This document shows positions 41,964 to 51,967 of a DNA stretch of 64,000 bases, piece after piece; within the stretch, counting starts at the first letter, position 1; every line of letters starts with the position of its first letter. Origin of the DNA: a virus; IMG/VR virus record IMGVR_UViG_3300042890_006166, positions 32,001 to 96,000 of that record. One strand, written 5' to 3'. Below the pieces are notes generated by a model. That model did no database searches, was not told the DNA's origin, and saw only the letters and a list, made by a program, of their open reading frames with translations. The position numbers and the translations under genes are program-made.

Positions 41964-43928
41964 ATGTCCAAAAATAGTTCTTTTCAGGGAACAAACACAC
42001 CTACCACAGGAAATACTTTTTCAATAGCAGATCAAAAGCTAAATCCTATCTTAAAGGATTATTGGTTTGGTTCTAGAGAGGCATCTGCACAAGAAATTGC
42101 AAACGATCAAGTTTCAAGATGGTCGAATTTGGGATCCTCTAATCCAAATAAAGGTCCAACTGCTAGGTCTTTATTTTATAACGCTGCTAATCTATTTGGT
42201 CCAGATGCTAAATTTGGTCAATTTCTTTTTTATTCTTTTTCAAATAATTCAAACACTTTCCGGCAGGAATACTATCAATCAGAGCAAACCCAATTTAACT
42301 CTTCGATTTCTTCTATTTCATCAAAAAATCCTTCTGCTGGACAATTGGTTAGAGCCGCGAATGAGATAAGAGCTGCTATACTGCCTGGACAAATTGGGAG
42401 TACAACAAATACTGGAAACAATACTACAGGAAGCCCGGGAAAAATCATAGGAGGTGCATCTGCTCCATATTATTGGAGAGATTTTTTGTATTGTAAATAC
42501 TATGGCACAATTCCTAATAATTACATGATTACCCTAAGGAGATTCCCAGCTCCAATGAGAGATAATTTGAGCATACCCAGTCAATTAATACAAACCGATC
42601 TATACAAACAAAAAGGAGCCGGTATGCCAGTAGCCCAAGCGGTTACCTGGTGGGGAGGGCAGACTGGTAACACTTTAAATGATATTATTTCCTTTTCAAC
42701 GGGTCTTGTATTCCAATCCAAAACCCAGGAAGAAATATTAAAGGTTGAAGGGTTTGATCAAGGTTTTTTTAAGACTGTGTTGGGTAGAGCTTTGGGAACC
42801 ACTGCTGATCTAGCCGGCGCTTCACAACTATTTGGTGCTTTAGGAGATTCTCTTTCCGTTTTAGTTTCTGCGTCTGACTCTGGAAGAGGAGCAGTAACTA
42901 TTCCTAAAATAAATCAGGCTTTAAGGGATAAAATGCAAAACACTTCAAATGGTCCTCTGTCAGATTTTATTTTTAATCCAGTTGATACCGTAGATAAAAC
43001 TTATTACCGAGGAAGAGGTTTAACTTTTAGTGGTGGACCCATTTATCTCAAATTCCACTACGAGTTAACTTCTGTTGGCCAGGTTAATACGAAAGCTGCT
43101 TTGGTTGATATAATTGGAAATTTGCTAGGTTTGGGAACCAACTATGGAAATTTTCTAACTCCTGATGTTAGATACGATAACGGATTTCCCGCTATAGGTT
43201 TTCCAGGTGGAGATCAAGGATTAAAAGCTTTTTACTCTGATCCCATTAAATGGGTTAAAACCACAATTAAATATCTAGCAGATCCAGATGGAACTACGAT
43301 GGATGATCCTCAAGTTCGACAACTGAAAAAATTTACTTCGGATCTACAAACTGCTACAAATCAGGTTCAAAGTATGCTTCAACAAATCGATTCCTCCGGG
43401 GGTGGAATTGAAAAATTGGCCAAAGAGATTGAAGGCCCGCTCGGAAACATTTTGGCTTATGCCTTGGCAGATGATTTAATTGCAAAATTCGTACCCCCTC
43501 TATCACTTAAAACTGGAGCTCCTGTTGGTGAATGGCATTTGGTTGTAGGTAATCCGATGAATCCTATAGCAATGATTGGAAATTTAATTTGTTCTAATTT
43601 AGATATAGAATTTGGTGAAGTATTAGGTCCGGATGATTTTCCCACTGAAATCATAGCCACATTCACATTAGAACATGGTAGAGATCGGGAAAGAGGTGAA
43701 ATTGAATCTATGTTTAACCGTGGTGATGGAAGATTGTACCAATCTACTTTACCCACCTATTCCAACACCCAATCTACTGCCAGCACTGCACTGGTTGACG
43801 GTACCACAGTTCCTTATGATATCAATGATTCAACGTTGGCTAATCCTTACTTGTTTTTTTCTGATAACAATTTCACACCGGGTGCTGTTCAAAATAATTT
43901 CATAGACCCAAATAATCCTATCCCATAA
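41964..43928 (+). CDS. Putative baseplate/tail-tube-associated structural protein
   Basis: First gene of the baseplate operon; C-terminal WHLVVGNPMNP..MIGNL.C..L.I.F...LG.DDFP.E......L.H pattern of tube-like fold proteins. Confidence 0.55.
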   Translation: MSKNSSFQGTNTPTTGNTFSIADQKLNPILKDYWFGSREASAQEIANDQVSRWSNLGSSNPNKGPTARSLFYNAANLFGPDAKFGQFLFYSFSNNSNTFRQEYYQSEQTQFNSSISSISSKNPSAGQLVRAANEIRAAILPGQIGSTTNTGNNTTGSPGKIIGGASAPYYWRDFLYCKYYGTIPNNYMITLRRFPAPMRDNLSIPSQLIQTDLYKQKGAGMPVAQAVTWWGGQTGNTLNDIISFSTGLVFQSKTQEEILKVEGFDQGFFKTVLGRALGTTADLAGASQLFGALGDSLSVLVSASDSGRGAVTIPKINQALRDKMQNTSNGPLSDFIFNPVDTVDKTYYRGRGLTFSGGPIYLKFHYELTSVGQVNTKAALVDIIGNLLGLGTNYGNFLTPDVRYDNGFPAIGFPGGDQGLKAFYSDPIKWVKTTIKYLADPDGTTMDDPQVRQLKKFTSDLQTATNQVQSMLQQIDSSGGGIEKLAKEIEGPLGNILAYALADDLIAKFVPPLSLKTGAPVGEWHLVVGNPMNPIAMIGNLICSNLDIEFGEVLGPDDFPTEIIATFTLEHGRDRERGEIESMFNRGDGRLYQSTLPTYSNTQSTASTALVDGTTVPYDINDSTLANPYLFFSDNNFTPGAVQNNFIDPNNPIP

Positions 43929-43931
43929 TTT

Positions 43932-44531
43932 ATGTTAAATATTGATACTTTATATCAGAACAAAAGTGTTTTTAATCCCAATAAGGATTTACAGAACAAT
44001 GGTGTTGGGATTTGGGATTTAACCGCTGGGTCGATGGATTTTCGAAATATAAATCTGAAGATTAATCGTTACTTTTTGGTGAGAGAGGAATTTCAAATGA
44101 GACCAGATCAATTAGCTTTCCAGGCTTTTGGGGATCTTTCTTATACCGGATCTCTTATGAAAATCAACAACATTTCAAACCCATTTGCGTTGAAAGAAGG
44201 GAACTTGATTGTTATTCCTTTACAGGAAAGAATTGAAGCTTCTTTCGCTTTGAAACAAGCAACCTTGCTTCAGTCCAACACAACCAACAATCCAAATCAG
44301 CAATTTAGAGATGTTCAAGAACAGAAGAAATTTAAGATTTCTAATTCAAGACAGAAATTTTTAGAACAAAGGGGTAAAGCCAAAAATGCACCCGATCAAA
44401 TTTTGCCACCGAATGTTACCCAGCCTGGAGAAAGACAAACAGTTAGAACTAATGTTGTTATTGGATTGGCCCCAGATGTTAGTAACGCTCCAGCTAATCC
44501 TGCAGGTAATTTTAACTCCATCCCCAACTAA
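43932..44531 (+). CDS. Baseplate wedge gp53-like / LysM-like protein
   Basis: RPDQLA...GD......LMKINNISNPF.L.EG..I.IP. Confidence 0.7.
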   Translation: MLNIDTLYQNKSVFNPNKDLQNNGVGIWDLTAGSMDFRNINLKINRYFLVREEFQMRPDQLAFQAFGDLSYTGSLMKINNISNPFALKEGNLIVIPLQERIEASFALKQATLLQSNTTNNPNQQFRDVQEQKKFKISNSRQKFLEQRGKAKNAPDQILPPNVTQPGERQTVRTNVVIGLAPDVSNAPANPAGNFNSIPN

Positions 44532-44533
44532 AT

Positions 44534-46036
44534 ATGGCGGCCGATCAAATCATCATTAATAATGTTGCCAGAACCAGTATTCAGCTGGATCAGTTGGCTG
44601 TTCCGAATAGAACCGGAGGAGACAACCAAGGTTTAGATGACGCCTTAATGGACGCCGATGATAAATCTTTCGGCGGATATAAACCTGTTGTTTTTATTAA
44701 TGGTTATTTTGTAGACAAATATTTATCTCATTTAGAATTGGACATGTCTGGTTTTTTGCCAGAAATAAGATTCCAATTTTCTATGGAAAATCCCATGTTC
44801 CTCAGTGTTAATTATCCTAAAGATGGTGATATTGTATCTGTTTATTTTCGAAGCTGGGTTTCAGTTTATCGACCTTTGAGAATGGACTTTAATATCTTAA
44901 CCGTTAAATCCGGCGTTTCTGGTAATTCGGAAGGCAATGGAATTACATTTAATATTTTGGGTGAATGTCGAATCCCTGCTTTATATAATGAGGTATCTAA
45001 GGCTTTTAGAAATTCCACTTCTTATGATGTCTTATTTCAAGTTTCTCAAGATTTAGATTTAGGATTTTCTACGAATGAAACGGAAGTAATAGATAACATG
45101 ACGTGGATTTGTCCTAATATGTCATACTATGATTTTATCCGGGAGGTTGTATCAAGGTCTTACAAAGATGATAGAAGTTTTTTTACGTCTTTCATAGATT
45201 GTTATTATAATCTCAATTTTGTAAATCTAAACAACCAAATTTCGACATCTGATGTTGTACAGGAATGTCGGGTTGTTAGGGGTTCTGCTACCGGAACATC
45301 AGACGATACTGCTTTCCCGAAAAGTGAATTATCAGAGCAACAGATTCCTTTGGTTCTTAGTAATGAAAAAGGAAATAGCGATTTGCCAACCTATATACAG
45401 GGTTATACTTTGATTTCGAATGCAGGAAACATCACCAACCATCAAGGATACATCCACGAAGTACAATTTTGGGATGAGGGCCTGGTCACGGAAAATGAAA
45501 TTGAAAAGTACATAAGGTACACAGTTGAAACAATAACAACAGAGAGCGTAGGTGAGAACATGATCCTACAAAGGGGCAGGGCAAAAGAAAAATTATACCA
45601 AAGAGAATTCCGAAAAAATTGGTATGGGATTTTAAATAATTTCCAGGATGGTGGAGTACATGAAAATTTTATTCAGGCACTAGTTCAAAATGAAATTAAC
45701 AATGATGATATAAGGAAATTCACATTGAGAGTTGAAACCGCTTCTTATTATGGTGGAATATACAGGGGAATGGCCATTCCTGTTTTTATCTACGTAAATG
45801 ATCAAGGGAAAAGAAAAGAAAATACAGGATCAAACAACAACCAAAATCCAGAGCAGGACATTAATCCAGTCTTAGATCGATTTCTTTCTGGTATTTACAT
45901 TGTTATGGGAATTAAGGTTAATTATGAATCTTATAGAGGAATTTACATGCAACTTGATTTATGTAAGAGAGAATGGATTTTAAATAGTGCAGGTCAATTC
46001 CCCAAAACATTCCCAATAAATCTTATTACTGGATAA
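44534..46036 (+). CDS. Baseplate hub protein (gp27/gpD-like)
   Basis: Position between the gp53-like and gp5-like genes; F.D.Y..LNF, LSG.YIV..I....hub signature near the C-terminus. Confidence 0.55.
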   Translation: MAADQIIINNVARTSIQLDQLAVPNRTGGDNQGLDDALMDADDKSFGGYKPVVFINGYFVDKYLSHLELDMSGFLPEIRFQFSMENPMFLSVNYPKDGDIVSVYFRSWVSVYRPLRMDFNILTVKSGVSGNSEGNGITFNILGECRIPALYNEVSKAFRNSTSYDVLFQVSQDLDLGFSTNETEVIDNMTWICPNMSYYDFIREVVSRSYKDDRSFFTSFIDCYYNLNFVNLNNQISTSDVVQECRVVRGSATGTSDDTAFPKSELSEQQIPLVLSNEKGNSDLPTYIQGYTLISNAGNITNHQGYIHEVQFWDEGLVTENEIEKYIRYTVETITTESVGENMILQRGRAKEKLYQREFRKNWYGILNNFQDGGVHENFIQALVQNEINNDDIRKFTLRVETASYYGGIYRGMAIPVFIYVNDQGKRKENTGSNNNQNPEQDINPVLDRFLSGIYIVMGIKVNYESYRGIYMQLDLCKREWILNSAGQFPKTFPINLITG

Positions 46037-46044
46037 ATACAATC

Positions 46045-48405
46045 ATGGGAATCCAGGCTACAGACAGAAACAGAAATTTGTTCCTGAAGGGATTTAGACT
46101 TTCAGATCAGGGCAAAAATGAAGATCCTACTTATTTGGGATTCAAGTTTGTCTTTGATTTTGGAGTATTGCCAATCAATCCAGATTACGGTTGGGCACCT
46201 AGTCCTTTACTGAGAATCCCTAATTATACTGCCGGAAATGGAGCTGGTATGGCTTCTGGACTTGAAAATCCATTTGGGCAAGATGCCTACAATCTAGGTG
46301 GTCCAATCTACTATTCCACCTTCAATTATTTGTTGGAAAGAGAAGGGGGTTTCTTGGTCGGTTCTAATCAAACCAAAAGAGCTAATGCTTTGCGTCAATT
46401 TCAAGTTTTATTGGCTAACATCAACAACAATTCGCCTTGGTTTTTTCAATCCATTGATGGTCTTGATAAGTTAGAGAAAATTGCCAGAACAGGGTTTCAA
46501 GACGAAGCAGGATTTGACAATTTCAATCCTCAAAAAACCGATGGAAAAACTTTAACGATCAACTGTTTGGAATCCCTAAATCTAAGAATTTCTGCATTGG
46601 CCGATTTGTATGAAACAGCCATGTTCGATGCTGACAATATGAGATGGTTAGTTCCTAGAAATCTAAGAAAATTCACGATGTACATTTTCGTGACGGAGAT
46701 TCGCAATTTTTTTAAAACCTCAAGATTGACCGGATCATCAACAGTTCTAGCTTCTTTGGATAATTTGACGAATGTTCTCACAACTAATCGAAATCCTGGT
46801 TCTAATATTCAAAATTTAGGAATAGACGATCCCATCGAAAATTTATCAGGGAATCCAGGAAACTCTTTCACCTCTTTTGCATCAAACGTTTTTGGTCAAT
46901 CTGGATTGCAAAATGATGTTCAGGCTTTTCGTAATCAGCAGGACCAAAGTGGCATAAAACCTGTTTTTATTTACGAGTGCCATCAGTGTGAATTTGATTT
47001 CAGTTCCAGTACACCTTTGGCTTCATCTATAGACATGGGAAGCTCTTCGGCAGATTCTTTAATGGCAAAACAAAGTTTCAAGATTCACGTGGGAAAGGTT
47101 AGAATGAAGAATCAATATCCCAATATTAGAAACGACAAAAAACCTTTGATCCTGGCTGATGGTGCCTATCAAGATCGAACCTCGGTCCAAACTGCTGCTT
47201 TAACGTTGGAAACAATTGCCAGCCAAGCTAATGAATTGATTACAAATTTCACTTCGGCAGCAATTAACGATCTGGTGAATGAAGGAATTAATCAATTTGT
47301 GAATCCCGCTTTAAGTGGATTAAACCAATCTTTACTTGGAAACATTTATTCTTTTAATCCTTCACAAATTGGCCGATTGGTTACACCCAATGGATTTAAT
47401 TTCAACGATGCCCAGAATTTTCTCAATGGGGCGGCATCAACCGGAATTGATAATATCTTTAAGGGTAATTTACCTAACCCACAAAAGGTTGGCCTCGGTG
47501 GACCTCCGGAACGAGCATATCCACCGATTTCTCCCCCACAAGATGTTTATCCTAGAGTTCCTGGCACCGATTTAGGAACACCTTCTAGAGTTTATCCACC
47601 CCCGGGAGGAGACGTTTATAATTCTGTCCCTGGATCTGATTTAGGTGTACCAGACAGAGTATATCCGATCCCTACCGGAGATGCTTATAACAACGTTCCT
47701 GGTTCAGATTTGGGTGTACCCGATAGGGTTTATCCAAATCCAGTAGGGGATGTTTATACAGATGTTCCGGGCTCAGATTTGGGTGTACCAGATAGGGTTT
47801 ATCCAAATCCAGTGGGTGATGTTTATGCCGATGTTCCTGGATCTGATTTAGGTGTCCCCGACAGGGTATATACACCTCCAGGTGGAGATGTGTATGACAA
47901 CGTACCAGGTTCAGATCTGGGATCTCCCGATCGGGTGTACCCGCCACCGGGCGGGGACGTGTACACGGATGTGCCCGGGAGAGATCTGGGTGTACCAGAT
48001 AGGGTTTATCCCACAGATCCTATTGGAGACATTTATTCTGGGGTACCTGGACCTGATTTGGACGTTCCAGATAGAGTGTATCCTATTACAAGTGATGATG
48101 TTTATACCGATACTATTTTTCCAAACACACTTCCTAGAGAACAAGTTTATACTCCTAGTACTTTGTCAAATGTGGCCGGAGAGCTAAGATCTGTAGAAAA
48201 TTCTTTTACCCAACCTCCTGGATCTGTCTATCAGGCTTCCCCACCCCGGCCAATGCAAGGGGGACTGGGTGATGTATATCCGCCTACGGTTGGAGATTTT
48301 ATTGTAGAACCCCCTCTGAACTTAGGCAACATGAAACCTTCTACTAAATTCAATCCTAGTTTAGGTAAGTTCAATCCTACTGAAGAGATAGAAGACGAAC
48401 AGTAA
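46045..48405 (+). CDS. Putative tail/baseplate structural protein with C-terminal 23-aa repeats
   Basis: EDPTYLGF and PWFFQSIDGL...L.I.CLES..LRI N-terminal domain; in the baseplate operon. Confidence 0.6.
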   Translation: MGIQATDRNRNLFLKGFRLSDQGKNEDPTYLGFKFVFDFGVLPINPDYGWAPSPLLRIPNYTAGNGAGMASGLENPFGQDAYNLGGPIYYSTFNYLLEREGGFLVGSNQTKRANALRQFQVLLANINNNSPWFFQSIDGLDKLEKIARTGFQDEAGFDNFNPQKTDGKTLTINCLESLNLRISALADLYETAMFDADNMRWLVPRNLRKFTMYIFVTEIRNFFKTSRLTGSSTVLASLDNLTNVLTTNRNPGSNIQNLGIDDPIENLSGNPGNSFTSFASNVFGQSGLQNDVQAFRNQQDQSGIKPVFIYECHQCEFDFSSSTPLASSIDMGSSSADSLMAKQSFKIHVGKVRMKNQYPNIRNDKKPLILADGAYQDRTSVQTAALTLETIASQANELITNFTSAAINDLVNEGINQFVNPALSGLNQSLLGNIYSFNPSQIGRLVTPNGFNFNDAQNFLNGAASTGIDNIFKGNLPNPQKVGLGGPPERAYPPISPPQDVYPRVPGTDLGTPSRVYPPPGGDVYNSVPGSDLGVPDRVYPIPTGDAYNNVPGSDLGVPDRVYPNPVGDVYTDVPGSDLGVPDRVYPNPVGDVYADVPGSDLGVPDRVYTPPGGDVYDNVPGSDLGSPDRVYPPPGGDVYTDVPGRDLGVPDRVYPTDPIGDIYSGVPGPDLDVPDRVYPITSDDVYTDTIFPNTLPREQVYTPSTLSNVAGELRSVENSFTQPPGSVYQASPPRPMQGGLGDVYPPTVGDFIVEPPLNLGNMKPSTKFNPSLGKFNPTEEIEDEQ
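47542..48105 (+). repeat. 8 x 69-bp coding tandem repeat (DVYxxVPGSDLGVPDRVYPxPxG)
   Basis: Unit starts at 47542, 47611, 47680, 47749, 47818, 47887, 47956 and 48028, with a partial unit at 48097. Confidence 0.95.
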
Positions 48406-49073
48406 TGGCAAATCCTCGATTTTATTTAGGGCAGGTCGTAGACATTAACGATCCCAGAAAATCCGGTCGAGCACGGATTAGAGTTTTTGGACTTTTTGAT
48501 GGACTAGACCACGAAGATATTCCATGGGCTAGTCAAATAAGTGGACTTTCTTTCGGAAAGGGCGGATCTGGAACAATCTCCATCCCTAAGTTGGGTGCCA
48601 TAGTTGTGGTTCAGTTTGATGGACAGAATTACTATAAAATGAACTATTATGGTGAGAAGGACTATGCCCAAGACATGTTGGCAGAGATAGCCGATTCCTA
48701 CGAGGGAGCACAGGTTATCGTGTATGACACAGAAGCTGAACCTGGACCGTTGACTTTATTTTACACGAAAAAGAAAGGAGCTGTATTCTCTTTAGGAGAT
48801 GCAAAGATCCAGTTTGATACACAAGACGGAGGTCAGCTCAGAGTTATTATTGAGATGGGCCAGGATCAAATCCGGATGGAAAATAACAAAGTAATCATTA
48901 ACTCTAATAACATCGAGTTGGGAGAAGCTGCTATTGAGGCAGTCATTAAAGGAAACACTTTCCAAACCTATTTTAATTCCCATACTCATGTTGGTAATTT
49001 GGGTGCACCCACTTCACCTCCTGTCGTTCCATCTACTCCCAATCATTTGTCTACTGTGAGTAAAACTAGATAA
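48405..49073 (+). CDS. gp5: Central spike protein (gp5/gpV-like OB fold, no lysozyme domain)
   Basis: YLGQVVDINDP..SGR.RIRV.G...IPWA...IPK.G..V.V.F OB fold; C-terminal HTH (His-x-His) apex motif. Confidence 0.8.
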   Translation: MANPRFYLGQVVDINDPRKSGRARIRVFGLFDGLDHEDIPWASQISGLSFGKGGSGTISIPKLGAIVVVQFDGQNYYKMNYYGEKDYAQDMLAEIADSYEGAQVIVYDTEAEPGPLTLFYTKKKGAVFSLGDAKIQFDTQDGGQLRVIIEMGQDQIRMENNKVIINSNNIELGEAAIEAVIKGNTFQTYFNSHTHVGNLGAPTSPPVVPSTPNHLSTVSKTR

Positions 49074-49075
49074 GC

Positions 49076-51901
49076 ATGTCAATAATTCCTAAGTGTTTAA
49101 CTGATGATCAGATTGATAATTTCGTAAATAATGTTAATAAAACATCTGACGAAATTTTAGGTGAAAGTAAATTTAAAATTCCCAACCCGGCATTACCTGG
49201 CCTTGGCTTATTGGTTAAGTTACAAATCAAAATTTTTGAAAAATCTATTTTGGTGAATTTTCTTCCAATTATAAAAGGGAAACAAATTTTAACAGAAGCT
49301 TTCACTAAATTGAGAGTTTTAAAATTCATCAGGGAAAGGACTGAAGAAGTTGCAGAATTGTTACGAAATCCAATACAAACACTTTTAAACCAAGCGGTAA
49401 ATATTCCTTTAGCACAAGATTTTCCGTTTCCAGTTGCCTTGCTTTTTGGAATTAGAACTTCTAGTGGAGATATACAGAATCTAATAAGTGACATAAACAC
49501 AGTAGGTAACGATGTTCAATCTGTTAATACATTGTTAAACTACAAAATAGAATTTGATTCTATTTTGGATCCACCCCCAGGATTGATCACCTCTCCTGAT
49601 AGATCACCAGATAATCTTCAACAAATGAAAGTTAATTTCACGAGTGAATCTGGCGAAAGGGATTCTCCTTTGTTATTTCTAAAACCTGGTGATTATTTTT
49701 CACTTGATTTTGAAAACTTTACCAATACATATCAAGTTTCAGAAATTGAAATACAAACTAATTTCATCCAATTATTTTTTCAGCTTCAGGCAACTTCTTC
49801 TCCTTCTTTCGTATCACAACAAGAAAAAGTTTTCGTTCCTGGATTCTCCTCCGTTTCTCTCAGAATTTCTAGAAAAATTTCATTAAGACAATTCCTGAAT
49901 GAACAGGGAAAATTAATAATTCCTCTTACGGCATTTGGTATTAGTTTACCTATATCCTTAGAATTGGGAAATTTCGATAGATTGAGCGAAACGAATCCAA
50001 CTTACAAATTTGTTAAGAAATTAGAGGCGGAAACCAATTTGGATTTCTCAAAAGTTCTTAGTGATATGATCGATGGAATTTTCCCAGTTATCGATTGGGA
50101 AGAAATACAAAAGGATCCCAGATTTAGAAGTTCACAAGAGGACTCCAAGTTAGAAATGATAAACCTGGCTCGTTTAATCCAAATCGGAACGGATAATCCT
50201 TTGTTTATGATTCGAATGATTTTGAATTATCTGAAGTTACTGTTGCTACCAATAGAGGTCGTTGTTTCTGTATTTAAAACAATACTTTCTCAAATAAGTA
50301 ACCCAATTTCTTTAATCAGAATTATTTTTCTAATTATTTCTAATCCTTTGAGATTTTTATGTGACATTATTTCAGATGCTTTTTTGAAATTCCTGAGGGT
50401 ATATTTAGAACCTCCTTTAGCTCCTTTGATTCAGTGGAATGAGCTAGTTCAAGATCCTGTTGATAGAGGAAGAGGTTTAAAACCTTTGTTTTCTGATTTG
50501 ATTTGTGGAAGATTTAAAAACAAGTTGGCAAATTACAATCCAGATTCTAATTTTTTCGTTCAAGAATCAGCCAAATTAAAAATCCCACCAGGAGAAAATC
50601 CAATTGTTCAATTAAGTTATAATTTGACACAGAATCCCATTCCAGATCTAGGAGAAGTAAGTTTGCAATCACCAATCTTAAGTCAAAATACATCGATGAG
50701 ATTTAGCACAATTACTGACACTGTCGAAAACGGTCTTGCCTATTTGACTTCCCTAGGGATTGGTGACACCTTTTATCTTAGCTCTAATGGCCAATTTCAA
50801 AATTTTAGGGTTTCAGGAAAAAATCTAATTGAAAATAACAACCAAACTTATTTTGAATATTTAGTACAACCGGTGAATGTAACCGAAGTTTATGCCACCC
50901 AAGAAAATCAACAGCTCCAATCCGCCTTCAACGGTATTGTTTCGGATCAATTTAAAGCATCAATCAGTGTAAACAATCCAAATAAAACTTTTTTGTTTAT
51001 TTTAGAGCGTTACTTGCCAATGAAGGCCATAGCCGCCTGGGAAAGCATAAAGGGAATTTTTTCTATTACAGTGGCTCTTGCCTCCGAAATACCTTCTCTT
51101 ATTCCTTTATGTTTTAAATGTATATTTTCTGGAAATAGAAATACTCAACAAACCCCATCTTCTCTGACACAAGAGGGTTCTTCGGATTTTCTTCAAGGTT
51201 TTATTTCTTCTTTGGACATTGAATTAGACCCAGATAGAAGAAATTTTGGTGAGTATAAATCCGGGGAAGGAAGAGAAGCCTCAGAAGAATTCTTTCGGGA
51301 AATTCAATTAAAAGAAATTAATCCAGGAAGTCCAGGAGGGTCTGAAAAAACACCCAACACGGAAGGGGGAATTCAAGAAGTGTTTTTGGATTTACAAAAA
51401 GCAAGGCAAGCAGAGGGAAAATCAACTCGTGTTTACAGATCAAATCTTCCTGTCGAATTTCAATCTAATTTCAGATGGGATTCTTTAACACTGAACCAAA
51501 TAGGAGAAAATCTGAAAGTTTTGTCTAGAGTTGCATATGAGCTTTCCTTTAGGGCTACAAGTAGTAGTCAAGAAAACTCAAATACTATCATAGATTTCTT
51601 AGCTAGTCTAAATCCTCTTACTTCTATTGCAAATGATATCAGAAATGAAAGTCAAAATGAATTGGTAAACAAATCTATTCCTATTACAGTTTGGGCTTTA
51701 ACGGAGAACGGCGAAAGCGAATTCAAGATAATTAACAATGGACCACTGTACCAATCCTTTTTGGATTATTCTTTTTTTACAAAATACGATCCAGAAATTG
51801 AAACCACGGAATTTAGATTTAAAGCTAGTCAAGTGAGATACTATGTTAATTTTAATTTCAGATTTGCTAAAGATATTTTGCTTCCTGCTTTGAGAGACTA
51901 G
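49076..51901 (+). CDS. Large hypothetical tail/baseplate protein with a hydrophobic segment
   Basis: 941 aa, follows the spike gene; hydrophobic/amphipathic region LNYLKLLLLPIEVVVSVF...IRIIFLIIS; two copies of an L..GD.F.L beta domain. Confidence 0.55.
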   Translation: MSIIPKCLTDDQIDNFVNNVNKTSDEILGESKFKIPNPALPGLGLLVKLQIKIFEKSILVNFLPIIKGKQILTEAFTKLRVLKFIRERTEEVAELLRNPIQTLLNQAVNIPLAQDFPFPVALLFGIRTSSGDIQNLISDINTVGNDVQSVNTLLNYKIEFDSILDPPPGLITSPDRSPDNLQQMKVNFTSESGERDSPLLFLKPGDYFSLDFENFTNTYQVSEIEIQTNFIQLFFQLQATSSPSFVSQQEKVFVPGFSSVSLRISRKISLRQFLNEQGKLIIPLTAFGISLPISLELGNFDRLSETNPTYKFVKKLEAETNLDFSKVLSDMIDGIFPVIDWEEIQKDPRFRSSQEDSKLEMINLARLIQIGTDNPLFMIRMILNYLKLLLLPIEVVVSVFKTILSQISNPISLIRIIFLIISNPLRFLCDIISDAFLKFLRVYLEPPLAPLIQWNELVQDPVDRGRGLKPLFSDLICGRFKNKLANYNPDSNFFVQESAKLKIPPGENPIVQLSYNLTQNPIPDLGEVSLQSPILSQNTSMRFSTITDTVENGLAYLTSLGIGDTFYLSSNGQFQNFRVSGKNLIENNNQTYFEYLVQPVNVTEVYATQENQQLQSAFNGIVSDQFKASISVNNPNKTFLFILERYLPMKAIAAWESIKGIFSITVALASEIPSLIPLCFKCIFSGNRNTQQTPSSLTQEGSSDFLQGFISSLDIELDPDRRNFGEYKSGEGREASEEFFREIQLKEINPGSPGGSEKTPNTEGGIQEVFLDLQKARQAEGKSTRVYRSNLPVEFQSNFRWDSLTLNQIGENLKVLSRVAYELSFRATSSSQENSNTIIDFLASLNPLTSIANDIRNESQNELVNKSIPITVWALTENGESEFKIINNGPLYQSFLDYSFFTKYDPEIETTEFRFKASQVRYYVNFNFRFAKDILLPALRD

Positions 51902-51935
51902 CATACAATCGAAGTTTGAATCTTGGTTTTAAAAA

Positions 51936-51943
51936 GATATATA
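51936..51943 (+). promoter_or_regulatory. Putative late promoter GATATATA
   Basis: 24 nt before the ATG at 51968. Confidence 0.7.
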
Positions 51944-51967
51944 GATGGTCTTTTTAAACCAAAAAAA

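Noticed and set aside
46032-46039. GATAAATA just before 46045
   Set aside because: Formed by the upstream stop codon and only 5 nt from the next ATG, too close for the spacing seen at other late promoters
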